NCBI RefSeq assembly: GCF_041146345.1
Contig: NW_027191407.1
Coordinates: forward strand, 310,001 to 374,000
Source of the DNA: Neodothiora populina
Taxonomy: Eukaryota
Length of the DNA: 64,000 nucleotides
Direction: 5' to 3'
Shown here: one piece after another, positions 36,831 through 49,705 of the stretch
Layout of the letters: each line of letters starts with the position of its first letter
How positions within the stretch are numbered: position 1 is the stretch's first letter
The notes under the pieces: generated by a model
Told to the model about the DNA's origin: nothing
Seen by the model: the letters and a program-made list of their open reading frames with translations, nothing else
Database searches by the model: none
Translations under genes and position numbers: made by a program

Positions 36831-36900
36831 AGCAGATAAGGCGTAAATTTTCAATGTCGCAGCATATAAGACATAAAGTCTCAATGTCGCAGCATGTATA
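36831..36900. repeat. 30-bp tandem repeat (about 2.3 copies)
   Basis: agcagataaggcgtaaattttcaatgtcgc / agcatataagacataaagtctcaatgtcgc / agcatgtata. Confidence 0.8.
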
Positions 36901-37036
36901 GCGACAGAGACATACGAGGTGCGTCATCACGGTCATTGGCGCAGAAGGAATACCGGAAGTGAAATGCACTTGTCCTGTCCCTCTGCTCGATCTACGAAAA
37001 GAGAAACGCCGAACATTAAAGCTATATATACTGCAG

Positions 37037-37815
37037 GTGTTGGATATTTCACACTGCCCCCCTCCGTAGAAGGTAAGCTGCGGAGTGGGGCGGTGGCCCA
37101 AAACACCTACCAGTACTAACATCGAACAGGTAGGCGAGGGTCGGGGTTCGACTCTTCCTCTCGCCAGAGATGTAGCACCCCTCCGGTGTGAACTCTTTTG
37201 CCATTTCCTTTTGCTTCGCCCATCTTTTCCGCCAGGGTATGATTGCGCAGCTGCTGGAGGACATCATGCTTTTGCACTCACATTATCCTGTATCTGGATA
37301 TACGATGCCCATCTCTAATACCCATGCCCAGGTCTGCAGGGGGTGTTTGGGTCAATAGATTGTCACTCTGGGCCACTCTTCTATCCAAGCTTGTCACGAC
37401 AACCTAGTAGCGACTGAGGAGGCCCATGACCGCAATATATTGATGCGAGGGTGATAAGTGACTGCATTTACTTTCTTCATCTATAGAGCACCACAGGAAG
37501 ATGGGCACTTCCGACAGAGCCTTCTGCGCTAAGTGACGAAAGATGTGCAGCACAAGACTATATGTTATGGGTGTTTTAAGAACTTCAGCTGAGACCCGTG
37601 GCGGGGCCAGGTAAGTGCACGATTTGGCTAACTCGTTGGTGAGATACAGGAAAGACCCCCGTTTGATTCGCCGCCAGAGGTGTAGTATCACCGGGTGTGA
37701 ACTCTTTTTTGCCTTTGATTGTGTTCGATGCAGGTAAGAATTGTTTCTATCATTACGCTTCCTGTTTACTCTCATGAGGTCACCCTACGTTTTTGATACG
37801 TGAGTATCTCTCAGA
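37037..37815 (+). ncRNA. Putative multi-intron non-coding transcript (or decayed gene) with a duplicated exon
   Basis: Introns 37073-37129 (gtaagc..tactaac..cag), 37237-37331 (gtatga..ctaat..cag) and 37611-37649, plus a donor at 37734; exons 37130-37236 and 37650-37733 share about 45 nt. Confidence 0.4.
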
Positions 37816-38539
37816 CTTCCTTATAAGTGTCTCGAGATCTGTTTGAATCCCATACGGGTCTCATACAAAGCTGTATGCATCTACACTGGAAGAGAGCCGA
37901 AATCGCATCTCTTTCGTGTCCTCTGACATTCTAGTCTCGGTGTGTAGCTCGTTGCGTGTGACTACCATATATATGTTAATGCGGGACCTGTCTATATATG
38001 TTGCACCCCGTCCTCTACCCCTTTAAAAGGCACTCGTTTTGGGTCATGCTTCTCCAGAAAAGACAAAGAAAATTGCTCATAAGCGAGTATCTACGTCACG
38101 TTGCCACAGGAACACAAGCAAGGAAAGACTCTTGATCCAAGACGGAAGTGAAAGCCAATCTGTACATGCAACATAGCTGCTTTGCCTTTTATCTGTCGTT
38201 CTCTTTGCTTCTGGCTTCCCGAAGGCGAATAAATACACTTTCACTTTGCCTTTTTGCATCCTTGCAAGATGACTATAGAGATGTGCATCGCTCTGGCGGC
38301 TTACTCAAGTCAGTACACGGTTTACGGCAAAGGTACCGTTGATGAGTACAACATTAAGGTACGCTTAGCAAGGACACTTACAACGCCATTCTATCAGATC
38401 AAGAAAGCAGTCATTTGTTGAGTTGTCTTGATACAACACATTTCTTCATCTGCACAAGCTAGCAATAGTATATCACGTATCAAAGAACATCATCTGCGCT
38501 CTTTCTCACTGCCATCATTGTATCGTGGTCCGATAACAT

Positions 38540-41075
38540 TCAAGCCTTCAGCACGCCATAAGCCTTCCAGACCGTACCCTCGATGATGCCAGTCCATTTC
38601 TTGAGCGCAGCATGATCGCCAAAATCGATAGCCTCGACAAGACCCGGGAACGTAGCACCGGCGTATCCAGTCCACAGCCCAGGCGCAAAGATAACATGCT
38701 TGAACCAGCTTCGCGAATCGAGACCTTTGGCGTACAGGAAGGCACGCTCAAGATACTTGTACTGGATGTTGACGGCGCGGACTTCGGCGTATAGCTTGAG
38801 TTGCATGACCGGGTTGTGGATGTTATGTTTGCTCGCGGCGGCTGCGGCGACGCGAGCGGCGCGCGCGTCGAAGGTTTCGGCTGCCGTGCTCAGACTGGCG
38901 ATTGCCCTGTCCAGACCTGCAAAGGACGCGGCTGCGTTGAACTCGTATTTGGATGCTGCGGCGCGCTCCTTGACGCTGTCGAGATACTTTGCCAAACCAA
39001 CTGCGTAATCGGTCGCGTTGAAGGCAATCACTGGCTCTTCAACGAGCTTGGCCGCGAGGAGAGACCATAGCTTTGATGCTGTGATGTGGTAGTTGAAGGT
39101 CGGGTCGCCGTACTTGACCATCCAGGCATAGCTGTCGTAGTTGCTGTGGTAGTGGTAGATCGGGTCTTTGGGTCCAGTAGCGCCAAAGCCCATGTCGAGC
39201 GATGGTATACCTGCGAAATCTTGGAAGGCAGTGAAGTCGGATCCGGAGCCCATGGTGGAGATCTTCTTGTCCCACAGGTCATATACTGAGCTACCTTCGA
39301 CTGTCTGGTTGGGAGATTGCACCTCCTTGGTGATTTCGATGAGTGCCTTGTTCAACACGGGAGCCGCACTTGCAGAGAATTTGGTGCCGCGTGTGCCGAC
39401 ATCGACATTGAGATAGGCTACTGCACTGTGGGACAACCAAGGCAGAAAGTCCTCGACCCACTCAGTAGAGCCAACAAGTCCGTACTCTTCACCATCCCAG
39501 CTGCCGAAGACAATGGTGCGTTGTGGCTTCCAGCCTTTGCTAAGAGCAGCTCCAAACGAACGTACGACCTCATTCAGGGCTGCTGAACCAGAGTTTGGAT
39601 CACCGGCTCCGCCGACGATCCAGGCATCGCGGTGGTTGCCAAGCACGATGACCTCGTCAGAGATAGATCCGTTGATTATTCCAATGGTGTTCCAGGCCGG
39701 GGTGATGGTGTAGTTTTGCAGGTTCATCAAATTGATGGTCAAGCTAGGTGGCGAAGGTCCGATGTTGTAAGAAACGTTCTTGTAAACAAGACCACCTCCT
39801 TGCCAATACTTGCCAAAAGACTCTGCAGTTGGGCCATGGCCATTTAAGGCCTGTAGTAGTGGCAGAGCCTCTGCATATGAGACCGGCAGCGAAGGGATAG
39901 ACGGAGTGGACTCGTTTGCAGGTTTGCGTTCAGCACCAGGCAGGGACGGGTATCCAGGTGTAGTAGGGTCGCCAGGGAATTGACCTGGTTGTTCCATCAG
40001 CACATTCACCTACCAACACGCTTTCGACTTAGCACGCCAGGAAGAAACTCACTAAGGTACTGGACACTTCCTCGCTGGACACTGCTAGGGTTTCTCGCTG
40101 GTCCTTCTGGGTATGCCTTGTAGCCGTTCTCCTCGGTAATCTCGCCATCATCGCCAGGGTCGCTGTAGATGATGCAGCCGATCATACCCAACTCCTGTGC
40201 TCGCTTGACCTTCAGACCGCGGAAAATACCGCCATATTTCGCAAGAGCTATCTTGCCCTCCAGTTCGATTCCAGCTTCTTGAAGTTCCTCAAAGTCTTTG
40301 TAAGTGCCGTAGTTGACAAACACATACTGTGCGGTAACATTGCCGCTTGCCGAGTAGCCGTGGAAAGTCGGAATCCTGTTGGGAGCACTGGAAGTCGGGT
40401 CGTCCTCAAGGATATTCTCCTCCAATGTGGCTTCGAAAGAGACCTCGCCATTCTTCAACAACGTAAGTCTATGATCAAGCGGATAGTTGGTGTAAACTTC
40501 GTAAGCCACGACTTCGCTTTTGACGCCCCATTCTTCCCATCGTTCCTTCGTCCACACGGCTTGGCTAAGATTCTGGCCCATCAAATGCGGTCCGGCGGTG
40601 TAGTATTCGCTCCATGCCTTTGCTTTGTCTGCGTCCGGAGTTTCAAGAAGAATGGACTTCAGATTCTCGTAACTCAAACCATCTCCTGCTGGCCAATTGG
40701 GATGTGGTGGTGTTTTCGAACTTGCAGACCAGGAAAAAGGAGAGAAGCCTTTGCTGTCGCCATCACCAAAGAGATCACTTTGCCCTCCAAGGGCAATGGT
40801 AAGCAAAGCAAAGGCTATAATGGTGACTGGAACAGATACAAGAGCTATCGTACAAAAGCGCCGAAGCTATCGAAACACAACGTCAATCCATGCTGTCATG
40901 GTGATTTACATGATTCCTCCCGGACACATCTCTGCTCAAGGAGAAATTAAACAAGTTGGTGCTGACTTACTGTCTGGTGTGGGTATCGCTGCCGCTGTGG
41001 TCTTACAGGCACCGCTACCAATAGAGGTGTGTCCTCAGAGGCTTGCATATTCGCGAATGTCTTCTCATTCATCAT
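38540..41075 (-). CDS. Membrane-anchored M28 glutamate carboxypeptidase II / transferrin-receptor-like protein (Vps70/Tre-like)
   Basis: N-terminal TM anchor, PA domain (VNYGTYKDF, YGGIFRGLKV), Zn-binding GNHRDAW, GDPNSGSA and WDGEEYGL, C-terminal WFKHVIFAPG; two introns. Confidence 0.93.
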
Positions 41076-42092
41076 CAACGTACTGATTTCACACCGTGAC
41101 TCGTCCGTATCATCTGAGCTCGAGACAGAGCCGTCGACGAATATAAGATGACAGCACAACTCTCGGCCGACACTCACTTCGTGTTAGGCCGGGCAGATTG
41201 ATATCTGCTGCCGTATAGCTAAATACTCGATAGATAGGCCAGTCAGGCCTTGTACTGGCAAGCTTCAAGGATCGAGGACCTTCCACGTTAGGCATGACGA
41301 TGTGGGGTACTGTAGTTGCTGATCTTACCACTTCAGACATGAGGTAGGAAAATGTACACCAGAATCACCCCATTGCGTGAGCACCTGCAAATGCACGAAA
41401 AACGCCACGCTTCTTTTGTTTTCTATTATTCTTTCGATTCTACTCTCATACAACTATTCATTCTTAGATGTGATTTTCGATATGAGGATTGAAGTCGGGT
41501 ATTGCTTCGATTTTGATTCCATCCATTACTCGCTCAAGCTACGTAAGCTTACCTTTTACACTCCCGCACAGTCAAGAAAGACCGGCCTTATCGGAGATGT
41601 TCCCCAAGGGCTTTGGCGCTTCTGCGGCCACCCTTGGACCGCATCTTACTATTTGTTCTTCCACCTCCATGACATCCTGAAAGTAAGCTACGTTTCTGTT
41701 ATAGTCTTATATTGCAGCGGTCGGTGAATTCCTTCATAAATGAATACAACAAAGCGAAGTCCGAGCTCTCGTTCGGTATTGGCAGTCGCTAGTCTGCCAC
41801 TACTTCGAGGCACTGGGAACATCGAAGATGCCAAGACCGATCTCGATGAGATCTTCTTGTGATCATTAATCGAGCGTTATTCGAAATCATCCTTCCCGGT
41901 ACACGTAGTGAATGCGATGCGATGGCTGCCGCACTCAGTCACCTGCGGTATATATGCAGACAAAAGTGCCTCGGCACAGCGAGGTTTCATGGCTAATCGG
42001 TGAAACAATCATAGGTGTCAACATGTCGCATGGTAAGTGGTAACCCGCAGACATTACCAAGAAGTCGATACACATTTGTCCATCCGAGGCTT

Positions 42093-43159
42093 TCATCTCC
42101 AAGAAGACCCAGCTGGACCTATGCCGTCTCTGGGTGATGTTATAAACGGTGGCGGAAAATGGTGTGCAGGCGGTCTGTTGGCATCTAGCTCAGGTGTCTG
42201 AGGGGCTGATAGAGCTGGAAGATCGAGTGAACTGAGCGCGGGTAAAGTCCGCGTTCGAGGTGGTGGTGAAGGTACTTGTGATCTACTAGGTCTCGTCCGT
42301 CCCGCCGCAAAGAGATTGTTGACTTGCGAAAGAAGACCATCGGTGACGCCGTGCTGTTGGATCCTGGAAGCCAGTGTTTCTGCGAGGGCACTGTCATCCA
42401 GGTAAGTGAGCACGACCATTAACTCCTTCAGCTTTTCGTTCTCGTTATTCAGCAGCCGATTCTCCTCGGCAAGACCATATGAGACTTTCTCGCCGCCGGA
42501 CGTTTCTGCTCTTCCGAAAGTAGGATGACTATGCATAGCCTTACCGGAGAACATATCGTCCCTTCGCGACCGGAAGTCACCTGGCATTGGTCTCGACGGC
42601 ATTGCAATAGGTGGCAACCTTGGAAATGATCCTGCCAGTGGGTACGTATCGAGGGGCAGAGATGATTGCGACGAGGTCAGATGAGGCGGGAGTGAGTCGC
42701 CACGACACTGCAGAACCTCTTCTTTAAAGTGACGGAGGTGGGCCACCTCTTCTCGAAGTCGATGAAGTTCATCGAAAGCGTCCCTATAATTCCGGAGCTC
42801 TGTCTGGAGTTCCGCATTCGTGGCTTTCAAGTTTGCAATCTTGCTCGACTGCGGGCCTCCAACATCGTAACTGCAAATTTGTACGCCCCTCTTCAAGCAA
42901 TTGCCGCAGGCTGGCCGGGCACCGTTGCACTAGAGACGAGTTAACGAAAGCAGACTCTCAGATGCGCAGGTGTGCTAACCTTGGTTTTGCGCTTTCTACA
43001 CCCGTCACAAGCAACATTGGTGATGGGTGCACGGCGTTTTGGATGCCGTAGAAATTGAGATGATTGCTCAGAATCCGAAGTGGTCGAAGGACCTTCCGCC
43101 GGTAGAATCTGTCGATGCAATTGTCTGTCGTCTATATCTTCCATGGTTGAGGTGCTCAT
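42093..43159 (-). CDS. Small Zn(II)2Cys6 transcription factor (no middle homology region)
   Basis: ACDGCRKRKTK | intron | CNGARPACGNCLKRGVQIC followed by coiled coil IANLKATNAELQTEL. Confidence 0.88.
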
Positions 43160-45358
43160 TTCTGCGGCTCGGTATGGCCATGAACTCGCTACTCGTTATC
43201 GCGAACAACTGTGATCCGGGGTTGCTGGACGCTCTGCCGTGTGACGTAGCCCTGCGATGATCAAGTAGGGAACGATCGCGCATGCGCTTCTAGATTAAAG
43301 TGGCAACAGTAGACATTTCCGAAGGCGAAGCGAAACTACAATAACAGCTGTGGTTTCGTGGATGGGACAAGAAGATTAGACTAATGCTCGTCAGACGATT
43401 CGTTCCCAGACAGATTCGGAACTCTGGGTAATTTGTCAAGGAGCGCCGTCCGGACGAGTCCCTGTTCGTACACGCGAATCGGTCGATTGCATGCGGGCTT
43501 CTCGCGTGACGCGGAGCGGGCTTTGCTCGACTTCCAATGGTAGAGGGATAGGGATGCACTGGTAACGGTAAGGTACCTGTAACCTTTCGAGCTTGTATTT
43601 TAACATTGGCTATAGAGTAGCAATGCTCCAATGCCCGAGCTTGCACAACAATACAGTGGAGTAGAAAGAGATGCTCTGCGTCACATCTTCTGCGATTACA
43701 GCTAATTATTAACCAAACTTATATGGCCGATCACTACCTTACTCAGTGTGAGTTCTCTGGAGAGCCACAAAAGCCTGAATCCTGATTCGTAACGGAAAGG
43801 GTGAGCTCGTGTGTCGCCCCAAGATCGAAGATGATTTGTAGATATGACTGTCCACTTCCAGGAGCCCTTTGGATCGGGAAGACGATCGGCCAGCGATCCG
43901 TCTGCCAATTAGACGGGACCTTACTACCATTCGTGTAGTACAAAGTCTATCGTCTGCAACTAGATTTTTCTTTGGACATTGCAGACTTTACACATAAGGT
44001 AGTCACTGCGGAGAAAGCCCCGCTGGGAAGGGCCATAGGTCTCGCACCCACTCAGTCACCGATCAACCATATGGGGAAAAGCCGCTACACACTCTCGCAT
44101 CTCGTGAAGCCGACGGGTTCAGGCATGAGAGGGACGCTCGGCGCCGATGAAATCCCATGCTCCTAGCCTCCTCTCGACACCTTGTTTATGATGCACTTTC
44201 TAGCCTGAATTCCATCAATATCGATCTTATGTAGTAAAGTGCGATCCTGCGACTGCACTAATTCTATCCGTTGCACGGGCCATCAGCAACTCTAAATTTC
44301 GCTGTCACAGTAATACTGCCGTAAGGTGGGCCTCGAAGGCTGTCAGGTTACCTGCATACCTACCTGCCTGGACATATGGCGTATATAAATCCACGTGGTG
44401 GATGATTATGCGCATTTCACTTTTCCAGACACCATGACTGTCTGGGGGCGCCCACAATGCTTGGTCCCAAGGGATCTTGACCCTGATTGAATTTACTGGT
44501 ACACACAACACCCATTGCAGACCTTGACTCTACTTTACCTTAAGGTTACCTCAAGCTGGAACCATGCAAAGAGGCGGAGGCGGTCCGCGCTCCGAACAAA
44601 TGTGCATGCGTATTGGCCTTAACGCCTTTGGATGGTAATTGCTCGGAACGAATTGTACAGGCCCAGTAATCAATTCGTGATCGTTAGGTATGATTCATCT
44701 GACGGTACGTTGTTATTGAGGTGAAGGTGATTCGACGTCAATGCATTCTATCTGACTGCACCTTTCATTGCTCCGAACGAATCATACAGGCTTAGTGATT
44801 ACTCATTATCGTCATTGTTCCCACCACCAGCAATACGTTGTCATGGTTTTGGATCATCGCCTGCTTAACAGTTCATCCTTCAAGTCATCTTACAATGTGA
44901 GTTCTATTGATAATGCAGGAGCTACTATGCGAATTATGGTACCCCATATCAATCTAGAGTTTGATGTATCCGAGATAGATCATCACAGGAAAGTGCAACG
45001 AGGATACACTCGGCCCAGGACGGCGGCAACTACGAATCTCTCGAATCATGTCAAGTGAAGTGATGTACACGACAATATACCTTTCGAAGCGACGCGACCG
45101 GGTACCCCGTAGACTCGGCGGATTGTCCGCGAAGCGCTTACATGCACTGGTCTCCAGCAAGTCACAAGCCTTTGCAATGTCCAATTTCCTTTTCCGCACT
45201 CGTCATAGAGAGAAGCGTGAGTCTGATTCGTGCCTTGCCAGTTTCAAGGGTGTTCGATCTGTTGTAGAGTTACATTCATTTCTTCGCGGGCCCCCTGTTG
45301 ATTTTGTGGATCTAGTAGGGATGGCTCGTCTGGAGGGACCTCTGGATGCACGATCAGA

Positions 45359-46490
45359 TTGAAGTATTATAGGTACTTGTACATCTATCGAGCAATGTTT
45401 CCGGAGCCACCATCGCCACTGCGGAGCCCTCAAGAGTTCTGGAACTGGCGGAAAATAGCCGACGTCGATGCTACTGATTCATCAAACTGCTCACTTAACA
45501 GCGTCGACGCAGGTAGCCGGCCGCCTTGGCCTGCTGAAATCTTGACCCATGCGTGCGGTAATTCGTGCCGCCCCGGTTGATCGACTGTCCAATTGTCAGC
45601 GATCCTGGCTCATGGTAAAGTATGGTTCGTAAGCCCAACCTTTTCGCATAAAGATCAACATGTAATATACAGGCTTTGCCCAGGGGTACTGTAGTGAATT
45701 GATCATTGCTCAGGAGAGTGGCTGTCCGAGTGTTGTACGAATACAAGTATTGTGACAAACAAATATATGTTGATCGGAGCTATGTCCTCCTTCATCCCAA
45801 GCCGAAGTGTCAATACATAGAGCATATTTTTGCGCGGAGCCAACATATAACTTTCGTCATTCGAGAACGTGGCGAGACCTATAATATACCAATCGTGGGT
45901 GAGAAGATATCACTACTGTTTGTCTGGAGGCAATCACCCAGTAATGGTACCATTCCACTATACCGGCAGCGGCACGGCACCTACCCTAGTGTGTGTGTCT
46001 TATGCACAGATACACGTCCGTGTGTGGTTCACACAACCGTTTACGAGTTGTCGTTAGTCGCCTTCTAGAGAGTGGTTTATATGGATCTGCAACTACCGTT
46101 CGAATTCTTTGGATGGAATATCTCAATGTCGAATTCAGGTCTTGCCAGGCCTTCTCCCGGTCAAGTCATGTTGGAGGATCACATTGTTCTATGATGACCA
46201 GAATCTCAACTGCTAGCAATACCCTTGCGACGTACAAAGACAGGATCGTTCATCTCACAGCTGGAGCAGGAGAGCTGGTATATAACCCGCACTATATGTA
46301 AGGACTACCACCTTTCAGGGATGACAACCCTTATACACATGACCAAGGTCTTGGACACGTAATTCCCGGGCCAAAGAAATTGGACCATGTGACTACTTTC
46401 AAGAGCGAGACGGTCCTAGGCGTACTTGTGCTTAAGAAGCCAAAGAACATAGCATCAAGAATCATCAGGTGTAAGGAAATGCCACGCTGA
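45359..46490 (+). pseudogene. Possible decayed gene of unknown family
   Basis: Consecutive protein-like ORF fragments; frame 45993-46490 is open except for one TAA (46299-46301). Confidence 0.35.
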
Positions 46491-46951
46491 GGCTTGTTGC
46501 TCTTCGATGTAAGATTCTCGGCATGAATCGGTGTGCTAAGCTTAGCTTCTCTCTACCTCCCCCCTTCAACTCTCTAGGCTCAGGTTCAAAGAGTTTGTTC
46601 TGGCTTTTATCCTCCGTTGAAGTGGTTTGACGAACATGTTGATGGGGAAATAATGAGAGGAGAAATGCTGACGGTGAGCTCGATGAGTTGTGATTTAGCT
46701 GAGGCGAACGGACGACAGTAGACTGCGCTCGGACAGGTAATGGAGATTATGTTGCTTTTTTCATCATGGGGTTTTGCTTGATGCTCGATCGAAACTGTGT
46801 AAAGCCCCCCTCTCCTTATGAATGAGAAAGAGAAAGAGATAATGAAGGGAGAGGAGTGGGCGAACAAGATACACATCTAGATCTCTGTAACTGAGTCTTG
46901 AAATGTACAAATCTACTACATAATCTTTCCATCTCCCGAAATTGTATCTAT

Positions 46952-48321
46952 CTACGGCAACCAAGCAGTGAGCCCCCTGAAAGCCTCCAGCAGATCGCGC
47001 TTCAGATCCTCGATGTTCTCGACTCCGATACTGACTCTCAGCACTCTGTCATCAACAGTATCATCACTCATGCGCCTCCACTCGATCAGACTCTCAACGC
47101 CTCCCAGACTAGTGGCGTGCTGGAACAAGTGAGTCTGAGACGGAAGACGCTTAGCCATTTCCTTGCTGCGCATCCAGATGGCGAAGACGGGACCGTGGCC
47201 ACTGGGCATCTGCTTCGTGAGCCACTTGGGGGTTTTGCCTGTGGATTCATCGATCTGCAGACTGGAGTGCTGAAGCTTGTAGACTGCTTTGCGCACGATT
47301 GCGATGTCTTCCTCTGTGCTGTCGCCTTCGATCTTGCCCTTCATGAGCGTGTCGAGCCATCTGACGAGCTCGGTCGCGTTTGCGCTCTGGCGCGTGATGC
47401 GCAGCTCGAGGGTGCGCAGACTCCTGACGCCCAGCCAGCCCTCGAGACTACCCATGACTGCGCCGAGGAACAGTCGGTCTTTGTACAGACCCCAGTAGTC
47501 CTCTTGCCAGGTCTGGCGTTGTTGCGACACAGCGACGATGCCACACAGCATGTCCGAGTGGCCGCCGACGTACTTGGTGCCGCTGTGCATGACGAAGTCG
47601 GCTCCGTGGACGAAAGGGTCCTGCAGAGGCGGGGGAGCGAATGTGGCGTCGACGGTCAATGCCGCGCCTCGCTCGTGGGCCAGTTTCGCGTAGTGTTCGA
47701 TGTCAGACGCCTCGCCGGTAGGGTTCAGTGGAGTCTCCAAGTGCACAACGTCGCCTGTTCCCAGGTCCGCCCATGTGGAGACGTCGTGCAGGTCTACGAT
47801 CTTACATGCCGACAGACGCTGGTACAGCTCTAGCACGCCATGGCAGCCGTGATAGCCCGCTCCAATCGCTACCACCCGCGGTCGTAGATGGACCAGGATG
47901 GCGTGGAACGCGGAGAGGCCAGAAGAGTAGGTCAGACATGGCTGACCGAGGAGTTGTGCGAGAATGGCTTCGAGTCGAGTGGTGTTTGGGGTCGAGAGAC
48001 GGGAGTAGATGTGTGTATCTGCCGGGGCCGGGATGAGGGGGTTGCGAGTCGCCTGTGTATCTAGTGAGCAAGTGGGTTTGTACGGTAGACAGAATTGGTG
48101 GGCCAAAAGGAGCAGTTACATACCTCGCCATCGACGGCAGGAACTAATTTGTCTGGGTCATCGCTATATCGGAATGTGGTCGAGACGTGCAGAGCAGGCG
48201 CTACGTCTGTCGTGCTGTTACATGCGTCATCGCCGTGCACTCCCAAAGTTGCGAACGAGTAATGAGATTTATTAGACGATGCGGGCACCGTAGGTGCAGA
48301 GTCCTTGTTCGATCCGTTCAT
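46952..48321 (-). CDS. Cys/Met metabolism PLP-dependent enzyme (cystathionine gamma-synthase/lyase-like)
   Basis: VAPALHVSTTF, IYSRL, LETPLNP, VDATFAPP, PLP-Lys motif HSGTKYVGGHSD, ATSLGGVESLIE; one intron. Confidence 0.93.
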
Positions 48322-49447
48322 TTTGATATTGATTTATTGTTTGTTAGTATGTTTGTGGCAGATGCAGAGGTCTATATATGATATAGCTGGTGGATGAGAT
48401 GATTCACGATAAGTTATCGTATATAGTGGGGTCCTCTAGGGCGTGCACCGCAACTTGTCAAGTAAACTTTTCTACTGCACTACAACTTGGCGTGTCGCCA
48501 GTGAAAAGTTATTACCAAATGGCTATAGCAGGTAGTCACCTTGATGATAGAAACCACCTCATCGTAATCGCCTTACTCGTGTATTGAGCAGTTTCAAGTA
48601 CACTCGGGGATCCGACATGTGCCATTCCTTTTTCCCCGCCTCTGGTCGAGTCATTGCCCCACCACTCACGAGATGATCAGGAGTCAGGAACGTGACGAGA
48701 CCGCTCCCTCGCAATCCATTACAGGAAAGCCCACTCCAGCAGTCCAACCAATCAATTTGCATGTGATGAAGAGGGGAGCTACAGTACAAGCTGACCAGCA
48801 GAAAACAAAACAACAAAACCGACCCCAACCAGTCATTTCGACTAGATCCCCTACCAAGGAACCGCCTCGACTTGGCTGACGTCTGAAACCGAACCAATAC
48901 CATACCTACCTTAGAACCATTCAACCGCACAAACAGCGCAACAGCAACAAGTAGCAGCAGCAGCATCAGCAGCACAGAAGGCGCGGATCTTTCCGAGACC
49001 GGCGTCCCCGGCGTACTCTAGACAGCTGGGCAAGGCCAGCCCGCCTTGATATACGCGCAATGTGATTCGAAGAATGGCCAAGGTAAGGCAGCTAAAAGAG
49101 CGCGTGAGTGGGTGAGGTACTTGTGCGCCGCGGCAAATGACCCCGTGTTTCTTTTACGTTGGGCGGCAGCCATCCATAGTGAGCTGAAAGAGATGACAAG
49201 GCAAGACAAAGCACAAGCAAAAAAAAAAGCACAAGCTCCCCTCTCTCGTCTTGTTCGCTGTCTGACTCCACATAGTGTGCCAGTACAGCGCAGTATAAGT
49301 ATTTCTTATCGTCTTCACTCCCGGACAGCTCTCTTTTCTCTTCTTACTCCTCCTTCTTCAACCACACACCCTCCACGTCAGCTTATCCCGACAAATAAAC
49401 AATCCTCTTACAACAACATCAACAAGTTATCATAACAACAAGCAAAC

Positions 49448-49705
49448 ATGTCCGGAGGCTGCGGTAACACTTCTTGCACCTGCTCCAGCTGCGGCTGCGC
49501 TGCTGGATCTTGCACCTGCGGGGTAAGCCTTGTTTGACTTTCTGATGTTCGAGACGTGGTCATCACACCGTCCAATGTCCTTTGCTTTATTCTTCTCTGG
49601 GCCGGCCATGATTTCAATCGTTATTACTGAAATACCAGCACGACGATTGTGAACTTGAAGAGTAGACAGAAAACTGACTTTATGCTTTGCTGTGAACAGA
49701 AATAA
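49448..49705 (+). CDS. Small fungal metallothionein, 26 aa, 7 Cys (MSGGCGNTSCTCSSCGCAAGSCTCGK)
   Basis: Exon 1 49448-49522; intron 49523-49699 (gtaagc...ctgac...cag); exon 2 AAA TAA 49700-49705; TATAAG at about 49294 and a CA-rich leader. Confidence 0.9.

Noticed and set aside
36831..36900. CRISPR-like 30-bp repeats
   Set aside because: Head-to-tail with no spacers, only about 2 copies, and a eukaryotic context.
37085..37166. tRNA-like sequence (GGTTCGACTC B-box, ending CCA)
   Set aside because: No pairing acceptor or anticodon stem, and the upstream part reads as a spliceosomal intron. At most an isolated B-box.
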